Shown: positions 1-13,510, counted from the first letter of the stretch. The stretch is DNA of 64,000 bases from Azolla caroliniana (GCA_043228905.1 JBHGNT010000009.1:7812001-7876000), one strand, 5' to 3'. Notes: generated from the letters alone by a model not told the origin. Program-made: numbers and translations.

Positions 1-1288
1 ACATATACAACTGGGCATTTTGGTAGTACTAAAACACTACATTTAGTACAACGATCATTCTGGTGGCCCTGTATGCGACAATTTGTCGAGGATTTTGTTC
101 GGACTTGTGATACATGCTGCAGAGCAAAAATGCCAAGGCATCATCCATATGGTTTATTAGAACCATTACCAATTCCAAGCAAGCCGTGGCAATCCATTGC
201 TCTAGACTTCATCACAGATCTTCCAGTCTCTAAGGGGTTCAATGCGATTCTAACGGTGGTCGATCGATATACGAAGATGGCTCATTTCTTGCCATGTACT
301 AAGGAGATCTCCAGTGAAGACACTGCCGAAATTGTCATGCGTGAAGTATGTCGGCATCATGGACTTCCCGATAGTATCATCAACGACCGTGGACCCTAGT
401 TCGTGTCAAAATTCTGGAAGCACCTTTTTAACATGCTCAAGGTCACTTGTAACCTCTCCTCCGGCTACCACCCACAAACCGACGGCCAAGCCGAACGAAC
501 CAATCAAACGCTGGAGCAGTATCTGCGGTGCTTTCTCAGCTATCATCAGGATGACTGGGCAGATATTCTCCACTTCGCCGAATTTGCTTATAACAACTCT
601 ATCCACGCATCCACGAAAGTTACGCCATTTTATGCTTATATGGGATGTCACCCCCGGTGGTGTGTACTTGAAACCCCAGAGGTGCGCAGAGGATCATTTG
701 GAGAGGTTACGCAAGATACAAGCGGATTTATCTACTCATCTCCAACAAGCTCAACAAACACACAAGGTTTATGCGGATCGTCATCGACTCCCATCTAGTT
801 TTAACATTGGAGATTGGGTATGGCTACTCCGACGACACATCAAGACTACTCGCCCATGCGAGAAGTTGGATTATCGGCGATTAGGTCCTTTCCGTATTAT
901 CGGAAAGATTAATGATGTCGCTTTTCGTTTTGATCTACCTCCACAACTTCGAATACATCCGGTGTTTCATAGTTCTCTCCTCGAACCCTATCAAGAAAGC
1001 ACCATCCCAGGACGTATTACACAACCTCCACCCCCGATCGAGCTTGAAGATGGACCTGAGGACGAGGTTGCCGCCATCCTTGATTCGAAGCTTGTTCGCA
1101 ACAAGCTCTACTATCTAGTTGACTGGCTAGGATATAGTCCCAACGAGCGTACTTGGGAACCGATAGAGAATGTCACCAATGCTCGTGCTCTTCTTGAAGA
1201 CTTCCATCGTCAATATCCAGACAAACCGGGTCCTCAATCCAAAACGACTCGTTACACTCGTCGTTTTAAAGGGGGGATAGTGTCATAA
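1..1288 (+). pseudogene. Chromovirus pol fragment (integrase-chromodomain) with stop and frameshift
   Basis: In-frame TAG at 397-399 (probably CAG->TAG) and a frameshift near 680. Confidence 0.9.
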
Positions 1289-1704
1289 TATGGCAAGACT
1301 CGAACCCATGACCTTATACTACATGGGTCGAGCTCTTGACCATTAGACTATACATTGTAATACATAAAATATTATTTTCATTTATGTTTTATTATAGAAA
1401 ATTGATGTATATTCCAGATTTCTCTGGAACATTCTAGAAACTTCAGGAGTATTCCTTAGAACACTATAAAAGGAGGCACAAGGCATTATTTCGAACCAAA
1501 TCGGTTCAACGCCAGTCTTAAGCCTCCTAGCTACTGTACATTTTCTTCACATAATATATATCTTTTCTTATCATCACTCTCTCTCTCTCTCTCTCTCTCT
1601 CCCTCTCACTCACTCTTTCCTTCTCTCGAGAGTTCTTCACCTCTCTTAGTACTAATACTTCTTTTAGTACTAATTCCTTCTCTGTCTTAGTACTGTTCCC
1701 GATA
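1281..1704 (+). repeat. Chromovirus 3' LTR
   Basis: Follows the PPT, has TATAAAA at ~1465 and a (CT)n tract. Same family as 4891-5328, 11386-11802, 19206-19675 and 24252-24715. Confidence 0.9.
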
Positions 1705-2529
1705 GTGATTAGGGGTTGTCTGTTTCGAGCAGTTGTCGGCAACAGATTTTTCTATTTCTTTATAGATATATATAAGTTTGATCCGTGTAAAAGACATGTC
1801 CGAGGATCGGTTGTAGCCGATCCCACAACATATTCTTCTTATTTCGATGGTTGTAATACCATCCAAGTGGGACAGTCTATATAATGGTCACGAGCACCGG
1901 GAAGTTCATGTACCCCGTAACAATTGGGCTAACGTCTCACCTCAATACTCCTTCGCACCACAATACCTTGATTTGTTTACTCATGAGGGGTAATCGAAGG
2001 TGTTTTCTCCAGGAGGGAGTAACACAATTTGGCACGCCCTTGTGGGACAAGAGGGACAAGGTGTGAAACGAATCAAGGAGGGCCAAGCACTAGCAACCGA
2101 ACAAAGGGAGCCGAGAATTTAGGGAGAATGGTTGGAAAACGCCGAGCACAGGGAATTATATATATCGAGTAGTAGAGAACATGGAAAAGGGAGAGAGAAA
2201 AAGAAGAACTAGGCCAGAAAAAGAGGGATAGAGAATGAGTGCTTTGTCGAGAGTATTCGGTACTTGTATCAGTATGTTTACACTTTAATCGAATATATTT
2301 TGTGGGCAACTTCAGTGTTCTAGATCTCTTTATATTATGATATATATATAAGTTCGGTCTGTGTAAAAGACGTGTTTGAGAATCGGTTGTAGCCGATCCC
2401 ACAACATATCCTTCTTATTTCGATTGTCGTAATTCCATCCAAGTGGGACAGTTTGAATAACAGTCACGAGCACCGAGAAGTTCATATACCCCGTAACGAC
2501 TCAACTAACGGTCTCTTCAGGGAGTAACA
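1705..2529 (+). mobile_element. Two related LTR copies separated by a ~37-bp PBS + purine-rich spacer (TRIM-like)
   Basis: ~1765-1935 is repeated at ~2340-2510, and both copies end GGGAGTAACA (2024, 2529). The spacer holds TGGCACGCCC(T)TGTGGGAC (tRNA-Arg-type PBS, 2030-2048), then AAGAGGGACAAGG before TG at 2062. Confidence 0.6.
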
Positions 2530-3690
2530 ACACAGATGTGTCCGATTCTTTGAGAAGGAAACAATACTACGCGAAGCCCATTGTGGAATTGCTAGAGGGC
2601 ATTATGTAGGAGAGGTGACTACTCGCAAAATATGGAAATAATGAGTTATGGTGGCCGAAAATGCTGAAAGATGCTGTCAACTACTATCGGTAATGTGAAT
2701 TATGTCAGCGTGTTGGGCAACCTAATGAAAAGGATTGAATGCCACATCAGCCTGTTTTGCCACTTCAACCATTTTGGAAAGGGGGGCTCGACTTTGTTGG
2801 CCCATTCAAACTTGTGGCAACATGAACATGAAATCGATATGTGATCGTTGTGACGGATTATTGTACGAAGTGCGTCGACGCGAAAGCTTTGCACGATAAT
2901 ACAACAACCTTGACAACCAAATTCCTGTATGAATGTATTTGGTGCAGATTGACTGTCCAATTGAGCTCATAAGTGATCAGGGCACTCATTTGATCAATAA
3001 GGTAATCAACAAATTAATGAATTATTATGTAGTAGTGCACAAAAAGAGTACACCTTATTATCCACAAGCGAATGAATTAGAAGAATCAACCAATAAGACG
3101 CTATAGATGATCATTAAGAAGATAGTCAATGAGAATCAAATCGACTTGGATCAAAAGTTACATAGTAGCAGCGCTATGGGCATATCAGACGACATACAAG
3201 ACCATGATTTGATCCACTCCATTTTGACTAGCATTTGGGTGGGATGTAGTAATGCCCATCGAATTTCAAATCCCAAGTCTACGAGTGCAAGTGGTAAAAT
3301 GACTAGATGAATAACAGTTGGAAGGAATTCGGAAAGAGTAGCTTCTCACATTGGAGGAAAGTTGACTACAATCGATATGGCATTTGGAACAGAAACAAAG
3401 GAAGACAAAAGCATTTGTCGATCAACATCGACTAGGGAAGGAAAAATTGTTTGACATCGGCAAACCAATATTAGTTTTCCAAACCAAAATGGGTTCCATG
3501 CCAGGGAAATTACAATTCAGATGGACATGACCCTATTGGATAGTCAACAACAACAATGGTACATGTATACCAACTTAGTACATTAAAAGGAGAATTACTG
3601 TTAAAATGGGTGAATGGATTCCGACTAAAACCTTACCAAGGGCCAATTCTGACCAATCCATGCTTACCTTCAGACGACCAGTTTGGTCGA
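2530..3690 (+). pseudogene. Degenerate non-chromovirus Gypsy integrase (relative of pol at 39784-42315)
   Basis: EAHCGIARGHY, GLDFVGPFK, HKKSTPYYPQAN and KWVNGFRLKPY match the intact pol. Many stops and frameshifts. Confidence 0.85.
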
Positions 3691-3701
3691 CCCTTAGAAA
3701 C

Positions 3702-4389
3702 TAAAGTAAAACATACCGTTGATGGACGAGAAAGATATGTTGTAATAAGATACAAAATAGAAAAATAGCAAATACACAATGCACAACGTTTTACGTGGAA
3801 ACCCTAAAATGGGGAAAAACCACGAGGCAACAGATCTACCAATATATACAGAGAATACAAGAGAAAGAACAGAGTATTCCCAGTTAGCATTCTAGCAAGT
3901 TTCACTCAACTATACCTGCACATGCACTCTCTCGTGTCTCACCAGATTCTCTGTTACACTCTCTACACCTTTCACTACAGAAGCTCTGTTCACTTCTTCA
4001 CTATAAAGTTTGCCCTAGCTTCACATATTTATAGATGGGGATAAGTTATTATTATTATCTAATAATAATAATAATAGAAGTTAATCAGCCAACTGGTTGA
4101 CTCGACTATCCGACCCACAAGTCAGACAATCTAGTCCGTTCGACTAACCGACTTTTGTGTCAACTATCCAGTCGACCCGACTAGCAGACCTTGTCGTCGA
4201 TCATCTGGCCGGCTTATCCCTCACACTTGGATCATCTATCCAATACAATCGACTCTACATCGCCTTTAGTCAGTCAACTTCATTGATCGGTCTGTTCAAC
4301 TACCCTGTATTCGATTGGTTGATTCGAATGCCAACTTCTCCCTTGACTTCTCCCTTGACTTCTCCCATAGGAGGGACAAATTCCTAATA
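3702..4389 (-). mobile_element. Copia-type solo LTR
   Basis: Flanked by GAAAC (3697-3701, 4390-4394), termini decayed to TA..TA. Contains the ACGTGGAAACCCT..GAAAAACCACG block shared with the Copia LTRs at 14792, 30602 and 52260. Confidence 0.7.
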
Positions 4390-4890
4390 GAAACTTTAGC
4401 GCGTAGTCGGCTGACCAACCCAATTTTGGTCTAACGACCATAATTAGGAAAAGGGGCTAATATTGTAAATACCATGTACTTATAACTAGACTTATTTTCA
4501 ATCATGGAAAAAAAAATATAACAGAAATTTTTTCTTGACCTAAATACTTCTTGGCACTATTACTTTTCCACCTATATAAAGAACCCACACCATCATTAAA
4601 AAATCATTATAGCAAGTAGCAAGTGGCACTTTAAGGTAGCATTAACTCAAAAATTCTATTATTGAAGCCGTTATTTTCTCGAAAGATGGGTCACTTCTTC
4701 ACTTATACAAAACCTTCTTCTTCTCTTTTTCCTGGTCACATACAAAAGAGACAAGAAGCACAAACAAGAGTACATAGAGCACTCAAGTTTTCCAACTCTC
4801 ACATAGACACCAACACCCTCACCTCAAAAGACGAAGCAGAGATGTCAAGAACCTCAAGTTGAGCTTGAGGGGGAGTGTTCAGAGACAAGC

Positions 4891-5328
4891 TGTCAGGAAC
4901 AGTACTGAGACAGAGAAGGAATTAGTACTAAACGAAGGATTAGTACTATGAGAGGTGTAGAACTTCTTCGAGAGAAGGAAGAAGTGAGCGAGACGGAGAG
5001 AAAGAGAGAGAGATAGAGAGAGAGAGAGAGTGATGATAAGAAAGATATGTATTATATGAAGAGAATATACAATGGTGGCTAAAAGGCTTAAGACTGGCGT
5101 TGAACCAATTTGGTTCAACATAATGCCTAGTGCCCTCTTTTATAATGTTTTTAGGAGTAATCCTGAAGCTTCTAGAATGTTCCAGAGAAATCTGGAATAT
5201 ACACTAATTTCCTATAATAAAATGTAAATGAAAATAATATTTTACGTATTACAATAGATGATCTAATGGTCAAGAGCTCGACCCATATAACCTAAGGTCA
5301 TGGGTTCGAGTCTTGCCATATCATGACA
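4891..5328 (-). mobile_element. Chromovirus solo LTR
   Basis: TGTCA...TGACA termini, TSD CAAGC (4886-4890, 5329-5333), reverse complement of the 1281-type LTR. Confidence 0.93.
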
Positions 5329-5344
5329 CAAGCTCAACATCAGT

Positions 5345-6365
5345 TGAGGAAGTCGAGTAAATCCAGCTTGCATGCCCTAGTCGACAATTTGTCCAACCTA
5401 ACCGACACCAAGAACTTGGTGATTGTTGGCACATGCAAGGCATTTCTCATGATTCCTCTCTTACTGACATGGCTTAGAGGGACATCCCTGATATGTTCGA
5501 TGGGGTGAGGGGTGTCATCGCCAATTTCTATGAGCCCTGGCTGTTCCGACTTCTCTAGCATTGAGAACCACTCCTTGTGATTCGTAATATGGTTCGATAC
5601 GCCGGAATCCACGTACCACACCTCATTAGAGTTCAAGGTGCTCATCATCATTGAGTTGGCTTTGTGCTTCATGACGAAGGCGGGGTCCGTTTCAGCTCAC
5701 CCTGAGCCTTCAGTGTAGTGCGATCTTTGACGCCTATTTGCGTCACCTCGGCTTGATCTAGCTTGGTTTGAATCAACACACTTCTTCTAGGACTCGCTCT
5801 CTCTTTGTGGCCCTTCCAACCACAATACTAGTAGTCCATCGCGTCCTTCCCTTGCTGGCTTTCGGAATTGCCTTGACTCCCCCCGTTCGTGGAGGGTCCG
5901 GAACTACTGATCACATTTCTATTATGCCTTGAGTTCTATTGTTCGGTCGCCTCCATTGCGTGCCGATGCGCCTCCTCCACCACGACCACTAGGCTGATCC
6001 GCCTCTGTGTACAACATCTTGTTGTCGGCGTGTGTACTCGTTGACACACCTGTGTGGTTCTCCTCTACAAGGAGCATCAACTACAAGTCAAAAAAGGAGT
6101 GGGGATTCTCTCTCGTGCAGATGGTCGTCCGAATCGGCCCGTATTTCTAAGCTAAACCTCCAAGACAAATCTGGACCATCTCTTCTTTGTCCACTGTCAC
6201 GTTGATGGAGTTGCGTGAGTCACAGGTCTGCTTGATCTTTGTGGTATAGTCAATGACCGACAAAACTCCTTGTCGGACATTGTTGAGCTCTTGCATGAGC
6301 TGCAACTTACAAGCAGTGGTGCAAGTGGCAAAAACCCTCTTCAAGTTCCCCCAAGCATCCTTCGG
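5345..6365 (-). pseudogene. Copia gag-protease remnant
   Basis: Protease motif WYVDSGVSNHIT, LHVPTITK and a UBN2-like gag fragment (LQLMQELNNVRQG..SVIDY). Confidence 0.8.
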
Positions 6366-6565
6366 CTATACGGCTCCCCCGACATATGTCATAACATATC
6401 CGTGCGTTGATCGGTTGGTATCCGCATTAGCCGACATATCCGAATCCGTGAATCCTTCAAGTTGGGGTTTTCTCAAGCCGAATTGAAGGCACATACTCGA
6501 GGTGCCTTTTGGGTATTGGAGTATCCAGTTGACCGCAATCCAATGTTCTCTTCCCGGATTTCTCA
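6366..6565 (-). pseudogene. Copia RT/RNase H junction fragment
   Basis: NPGREHWIAVNWILQY...LEGFTDSD...RSTHGYVMT. Confidence 0.8.
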
Positions 6566-6569
6566 AGTT

Positions 6570-6960
6570 GCCCACAATACAATATTCGATTAAAGGGCAG
6601 AGAAAAAGAGCAGAATAGAAAAACTTAATTAAAAAATAATAACTCTTTGTACCTACAAATGTCCTACAAACCCCTTTTTATACAAGTCCTTAAAAGTACT
6701 AACATGTACTTCAATGCTCATATGTGCGACTAACACTAACTCCAAGGAATATACCTACATACTAGGCTCCGATGCATACATATTAGGCTCAGACCGTAGG
6801 CTCCAACGGCCTACCGGTTCTCACTATTCCGGTGTAAGCTCCGGTTCTCCGGTCCGGCTTTAGGTTCCGAATATCGATATATTCGGATACCGATCTGGGT
6901 AACTATCCGGCTCTAGCTTATTCAGCCGATCTGGATCCGGTTGAGCTTGCCTGCTCAACA
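6570..6960 (-). repeat. Probable LTR remnant
   Basis: Ends ...GCTCAACA, has a CCGG-rich U3-like block and a minus-strand TATAAAA near 6680. Left boundary uncertain. Confidence 0.45.
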
Positions 6961-6989
6961 ATGTCTATAAGGTACATTTGTGTATGAGA

Positions 6990-7085
6990 GAGAAAAAGAA
7001 AGATATATTAACATCATCTGAGACCAAATTTGGCCCATGAAACAAAACGGGGTGTGTACCGAATCATTGAAATTGAAAAAAAAAA
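6990..7085 (-). mobile_element. 3' end of a second RTEX-like LINE copy
   Basis: AAGAAAGATATATTAAC..CCAAATTTGGCCCATGA matches the LINE 3' terminus at ~52440-52490. Confidence 0.6.
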
Positions 7086-7999
7086 ATCATAGATAAATGC
7101 GATAGAAAGAGAGACAAAATGGAAGTACTTTACTTCAATTTCTCTTTCTTCATGTGCTCAATACTTGGTTGTCTCATGACATGAAGCATTGTTTTAAATT
7201 CTATGGGCACCATTGCCTAATAGAGAGCATTGTAAGCCATTGGACAGAAGATACTTATGTCATGTTGATTATTATGTTGACATTCAAATGATAGATTGCG
7301 CTATCAATTTAATCACATGTTTCATTTCGGGGTCAAAGAGGCGGGAGATGTAATCGAGGCTTGATTTTGAAGATTTTTTAACTTTCTTGAGGCACGACAA
7401 TTGTTATGCATCCCATCCTAATATGGGTTTATTAGGCATTAGCTCCAAACTTGTGCAACATTTATGTACACTCCTTTACCAATTCAAACCAAAGAACCAT
7501 GGGTTGATTGGTGTTTATGGTGCTAGACTCTCAGTTTTTACAATGATTACCGATATCTTGAACCATGGATCCAATGAGTCATCTTGATGACTATCATTCT
7601 AATTGAAAACTTCTAAGAAAAGTGAACTGAATGGAAGGTGCATTGTTCTGATTATTGGTGGTATCAAATCTTGAAACATAGTGGGCATTCTAATTGGCAC
7701 GTGCACTTTCATTGGAGAAAGAAAACCCTTGTAAATATCCTAAAGAGGGCGAGGAAGAAGAAGTGTCAACTTGCTAACCATAACAAGATCCATGTAAGAA
7801 GAAGAAGACGAAGTGGCCAATATCCACCCTCACACCACATGTAGGAAAAACCTAAAACCCAAGGAAAGATGAAGAAGAATGTGCCCCAAGAATGTCAACA
7901 TTGTGAAGGAGTTCAAAGACCAAAACTAATCGAGAAGAAGAGGTGATAATGTGGAAAAAACACCTTCATTCCTCGAAAGGGTACAAAATAGAGTAAAAG

Positions 8000-10900
8000 T
8001 AACAGTTAGCACTAAAAGTACCCCTCCAGTACATGTCTTAGCACTTCTAGATTCTGGAGCTATTTCTTGCTTCATGGATAGGAATTTGCCCAAGCTCATA
8101 AGATATCTCTCAGAAAACTCTCGTGTCTAGCCTCTGTAGTTGTCATTGATGGTTGTCCCATTGCTTCTGGAAATATCATAGAAGAGTCAGAGCCCGTTAA
8201 TATTGTCCTAGATAATCTAGTGTGTGTAGTATCATTTAATATAATTAGTATCCCAGAACATCCCATTGTTTTAGGATTACCATGGTTCGAATTATATAAC
8301 CCAGACATAGATTGGAGAACAAGAGAAATCCGGTATCAACAAACCCGAGGATCTACTCATAAGATTGCAACCATTTCGCGACATTAGTTGTGGGAAGAAG
8401 GACGCAAGGAAGAAATGTTTCTCTTCGCAATATCAGTAAAACCCTCCGACACCACTAAAGAGGAGTCCACCGTTCAACTTCCAAAGACGTATCATCATTA
8501 TGCCGATATGTTCGATAAAGTACAAGCCAATACGCTTGCTCACCATCGACTGTATGATTGCCCAATCGATTTACAACCGGGAAAAGAGCCACCATGGGGA
8601 CCGATCTACAATTTGTCACCAACCAAGCTAGAAGTCCTTCGAGTCTATATAGAGGAGAATTTGGAAAATGGTTTCATTCGGCATTCGAAATCTCCAACCG
8701 GCGCACCTATTTCATTCGTCAAGAAAAAGGATGGATCACTTCGTCTCGTTGTAGATTACAGTGGCTTGAATAAGGTCACCATTAGAAATAGGTATGCACT
8801 TCCCCTTATCTAAAGTCTTTTAGAACGGATCAATGGTGCAAGGTTCTTCATGAAGATCGACTTACGGGGAGCATATAACCTCGTACAGATCCGACCAGGA
8901 GATGAATGGAAGACCGCGTTTCGCACCAGATATGGGCACTTCGAGTATACGGTCATGCCGTTTGGCCTCACTAATGCGCCAACAATCTTCCAACACATGG
9001 CAAATGATATATTCCGAGATCTCTTGGATGTTTGTTTGATCATCTATTTGGATGATCTACTAGTTTATCCGAAGACCCAAGAAGAGCATGATTCTCATGT
9101 ACTGTTAGTACTAAAACGACTTCGAGAACATGGTCTTTATGCAAAGCTGGAAAAATGTAGTTTCGGGTGCAACCAAGTGGAATTTCTGGGCTATGTCATC
9201 TCCTCGGAAGGCATCTCCATGGATCCAACTAAGTTCAAAACGGTGGTAGAGTGGCAAACTCCGCGTTCATTGCGAGATGTGCAATGATTTTTAGGCTTTG
9301 CCAATTTCTACCGCAAGTTTATACAAGATTACTCAAAGCTTGTTCTGCCTCTCATACAAGTTACTAAGAAGGGACGATTCAGAAGCGGACATGGCTTTTG
9401 AGAATCTTAAGAAGGCATTTACATTGGCTCCTATTCTAGCTCACGTTTATTCAGAAAAACCATTCATCATGGAGCGGACGCGTCAGATTTCGCATTGGGT
9501 AGCATTCTGTCACAACAAGGTAATGATGAAAAGCTACATCTTGTGGCTTTCCACTCATGCAAGTTTGACGCCACCGAAATCAACTATGAAATTCATGATA
9601 AGGAGCTATTAGCAATAGTGGACTCTTTTATGCAATGGAGGCATTTTCTAGAGGGATTCTCTCATCACGTCACCGTATTTAGTGATCACAAAAACCTTGC
9701 CTACTTTCAGAGTGCTCGTGTGTTAGATTGACGTCAAGCTCAGTGGGCCCAATTCCTCACGCGTTCGACTTCAAAATTACATCTCGTCCGGGGAAGCAGC
9801 AAGGGAAGGCAGATGCATTATCATGGCGTTCATATCTAGCACCGTGTCCCGACGAGCCAACTTTCGATAACCAAAAGCAAGTAATCTTGGGACCGGCATG
9901 ATTGTAAGCAACACAGGTCTTCGGCATACCCTTGGATTCCCATGTTATTGATACCATACATGAGGACTCGAAGACAGATGCTTTCGCCCAAGCCATTCTA
10001 GCACAAATTGATCCAACTTGAGCATCTTGTTCACAGTCGCAACAACCAGGTACAGACTATCAACAATTTGAATGTCATGATGGATTACTATTCTTTAAGA
10101 AGCTCTTGTATGTTCCTAATGGTTCTTACCACCTTCGAGTAGTCCAAAACTGTCATGACACATATACAGCTGGGCATTTTGGTAGTACTAAGACATTAGA
10201 TTTAGTACAACAATCATTCTAGGGCCCTATATGCGACAATTTGTCGAAGATTTTGTTCGGACTTGTGATACATGTTGCAGAGCAAAAAAAGCCGTGGAAA
10301 TCCGTTGCTCTAGATTTCATCACAGATCTTCCAGTCTCTAAGGGATTCAATGTGATTCTAACAATAGTAGATCGATATACGAAGATGGCTCATTTCGTGC
10401 CATGTACTAAGGAAATCTCCAGTGAAGAAACCGCCAAAATTGTCATGTGTGAAGTATGTCGGCATCATGGCCTTCCTGATAATATCATCAACGACTGTGG
10501 ATCCTAGTTCATCTCAAAATTCTGGAAACACCTTTTTTAAATGCTCAAGGTCACTTGTAACCTCTCCACCGGCTACCAACCGCAAACCAATGGCCATGCA
10601 GAACGAACAAATCAAACGCTGGAGCAGTATCTTCAGTGCTTTCTAAGCTATCATCAGGATGATTGGGCGGATATTCTCCACTTTGCCGAATTTGCCTATA
10701 ATAACTTTGTCCACTCATCGACTAAAGTTACGCTATTTTATGCTTATACGGGTTGTCACCCCCGGTGGTGTGTATTTGAAACCCAGGTTACCAACAAATC
10801 CTTGCGCAGAGCACTTGGACCGGTTACGCAAGATACAAGCAGATTTATCTAGTCATCTACAACAAGCTCAACAAACACACAAGGTTTACGTGGATCGTCA

Positions 10901-11802
10901 TCGGCTTCCATCCAGTTTTAACATTGGAGATCGGGTATGACTACTACGACGACACATAAAGACTACTCGCCCATGTGAGAAGTTGGATTATCAGCGATTA
11001 GGTCCTTTCCGTATTATCAGAAAGGTTAATGATGTCGCTTTTCGTCTCGATCTACCCCCGCAACTTCGCATACATCCGGTGTTTCATAGTTCTGTCCTCG
11101 AACCCTATCAAGATAGCACCATCCTAGGATGTATTCCACAACCTCCACCCCCGATCGAACTTGAAGATGAACCTGAGTACGAGGTTGCCGCCATCCTCGA
11201 TTCCAAGATTGTTCGCAACAAGCTCTACTATTTAGTCGATTGGCTAGGATATAGTCCCACCGAGCATACTTGGGAACCAATAGAGAATGTGACCAATGCT
11301 CGTGCTCTTCTTGAAGACTTCCATCGTCAATATCCAGATAAACCGGTCCTCAATCCAAAACGACTTGTGGCACTCGTCATTTTAGTGTCATGATATGGCA
11401 AGACTCGGACCCATGACCTTATATTACATGGGTCAAGCTCTTGACCATTACACTATCTATTATAATACGTAGAATATTATTTTTTATTTAAGTTTTACTA
11501 TAGAAAATTAATGTATATTCCAGATTTCTCTGGAACATTCTAGAAGCTTCAGGACTACTCTTGAGAACACTATAAATGGAGGCACAAGGCATTATTTTGA
11601 ACCAAATCGGTTCAACACCAGTCTTAACCTTCTAGCCTTCCTTGTATATCACATAATATATCGTTGTCATCATCATTTTCTCTTCCTCGATTTCTCACAC
11701 ACACACACCCACACACACACTCTCTCTCCTTCTCTCGAGTGTTCTACACCCTCTATTCCTCTTAGTACTAATTTCTTCTCTTTCTTAGTACTATTCCAGA
11801 TA
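8000..11802 (+). mobile_element. 5'-truncated Tcn1-like chromovirus (PR-RT-RH-INT-CHD + 3' LTR)
   Basis: LLDSGA protease, YLDD RT, RH ([12 protein letters not shown]), integrase and chromodomain. 3' LTR at 11386-11802, with the PPT partly deleted. Confidence 0.92.
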
Positions 11803-13510
11803 GTAACAAGGGCTTGAGGCGAGACAAGAGCTGACACCACAACAAAGCACCGACAGTCAATGGCTGCATTGGATCGGGGAGCAGGTGGCCGGGGTGGTAC
11901 GCCAACTGGAAGTTGAAGAGAGAGCCCAAGGGGACCGGTTGCTCACCACAATCGAAGAACTCGAGAAAGCCCGGTCGAGGATCCGGAGCATGGATGAAGA
12001 AGTTGAGAAGGCCAAAGCAGGTCAGTCTAGGGTCGACAGGATCAGAACCGGTGGCACTGGTGACTGAATAGATAAATAACACGCCTATAGTTCCTACAGT
12101 GCCGGACACAAGTGATGTGCGCGAACAAGAACTCTCCAACCTAAGGGAGGAGTTGGCTGCCTAGGAGGCCTTGAGGGCTAGAGATAGGGAGCAGAAGAAG
12201 ACAGTGGAGGAAGAGAAGCGAAAAATAGAAGAAAACCTCCAAAAGACTTAGGCAGCGAACAACCGGTTAAAAGAAGGAAAAGACAAACTGCTGCAAGAAA
12301 AAGAAAAGCTACGACGGATGGCAGAAGGAGAGATTCAATGAGTGAAAGAAGAACTCTGACAATAGAAAGACAGAGAAGACCGAGCAAGAAGCCAAATCAA
12401 CCGGAGGTTAAATCAGAAGACCGAGGACTTTGAAAGATTGCATCGGGATCACAAACACTTGGAAGCAGAGCACAAGAAGTTGATGGCGGAATGTGACCGG
12501 CAACAGGAGAAGATAAGAGAACTCTAGAATGAAGTAACCAAGAAAACGGAGGTGTTGTCGGAAGAACGAACGAAGGCGGTTGAGTCGGGAAAGTTGCTAG
12601 AGGAAGTGGCAAGAGAAAGGACTGTGCTTACCGGACAACACTATGACGAGATGGAACGAGCAAAATTGGCTTTGAATAGGCTTTAGACAACGTAGCAGAC
12701 CCAATTGCTGGAATATAAGGTGCAAGCATAGGCAACCCCGGGCTTGATAAAGAAGTTAAAGGAGGAAAAGCAGGCTGCGGAGGACAAATCCAAGATGGGG
12801 CTTAGCTTGATCTGCGCCATTGTACTAGCATTGAAAGAAAGGACAAAGAGTATGATTGGTGAAAGCTCAGTGCAATGGTGGTCGAAATGGGTACAACAGG
12901 CGGCGGAATTACAGACGATGTGAGCGGATGCGGAAAACCGAAGAAAGGACGGTGACAACTTCTACAAGATGGATGCAGAGAGTATTGTGACCATCTGGGA
13001 GGAGTTGTCAAACGATTTCTTGTCTCTGGTAGGGGAACAATTGGTGGTTGGCAGAACAGTTGGATGATGACCAACTTGCCACTCAACTCCAATTTGAGCG
13101 GTACGAGCGGGAGCGTAGACGGCAGGTGGCATCGCAAATGACGGTGACAATCAACATAAGTGACGGAGAGCAATCTCCGGAGCAGCCTTTGAATGTAGCC
13201 AGAACCGGTGGAGACCAGCCAGACAAAGCCCAAGGGGAGCACTCAGAAGTAGCTAAACCGGAAGAGCCAGAGGAAGCAGAACGAGAGCAATCGACGAAGC
13301 CAAGGATGTAGGAGCCAGAGCCGGAGGGGCCAAGACTCGTAGAACCGGGAGTGTATGAAGCCGGAGGGGAGGATCAAGCTGAAGAGCAACAACCACCACA
13401 ACAACAACAACAATTAGAGCAGCAGAAGCAGAAGCAGATGAAGCAACTACCTGATGAACTGTTGGAACCCCTAGACTAGAGTATTCTGGAAAATGAGTTA
13501 GGAGGCTAAC

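Larger units (their letters stand above)
1..1704 (+). mobile_element. Ty3/Gypsy chromovirus (Tcn1-like), 3' part: integrase + chromodomain, PPT, 3' LTR
   Basis: Integrase Zn motif (CDTC), ALDFITDLP core, GPF module and chromodomain (YYLVDWLGYSPNERTWEP) split over ORFs 73-399, 403-798 and 314-1288. PPT AAAGGGGGGATAG at 1268-1280. LTR TGTCA... at 1281-1704 is homologous to the LTRs of element 19206-24715. Confidence 0.93.

Noticed and set aside
1290-1352. Functional tRNA genes in the LTRs
   Set aside because: Acceptor and T stems do not pair properly. Only A/B boxes and their spacing remain.
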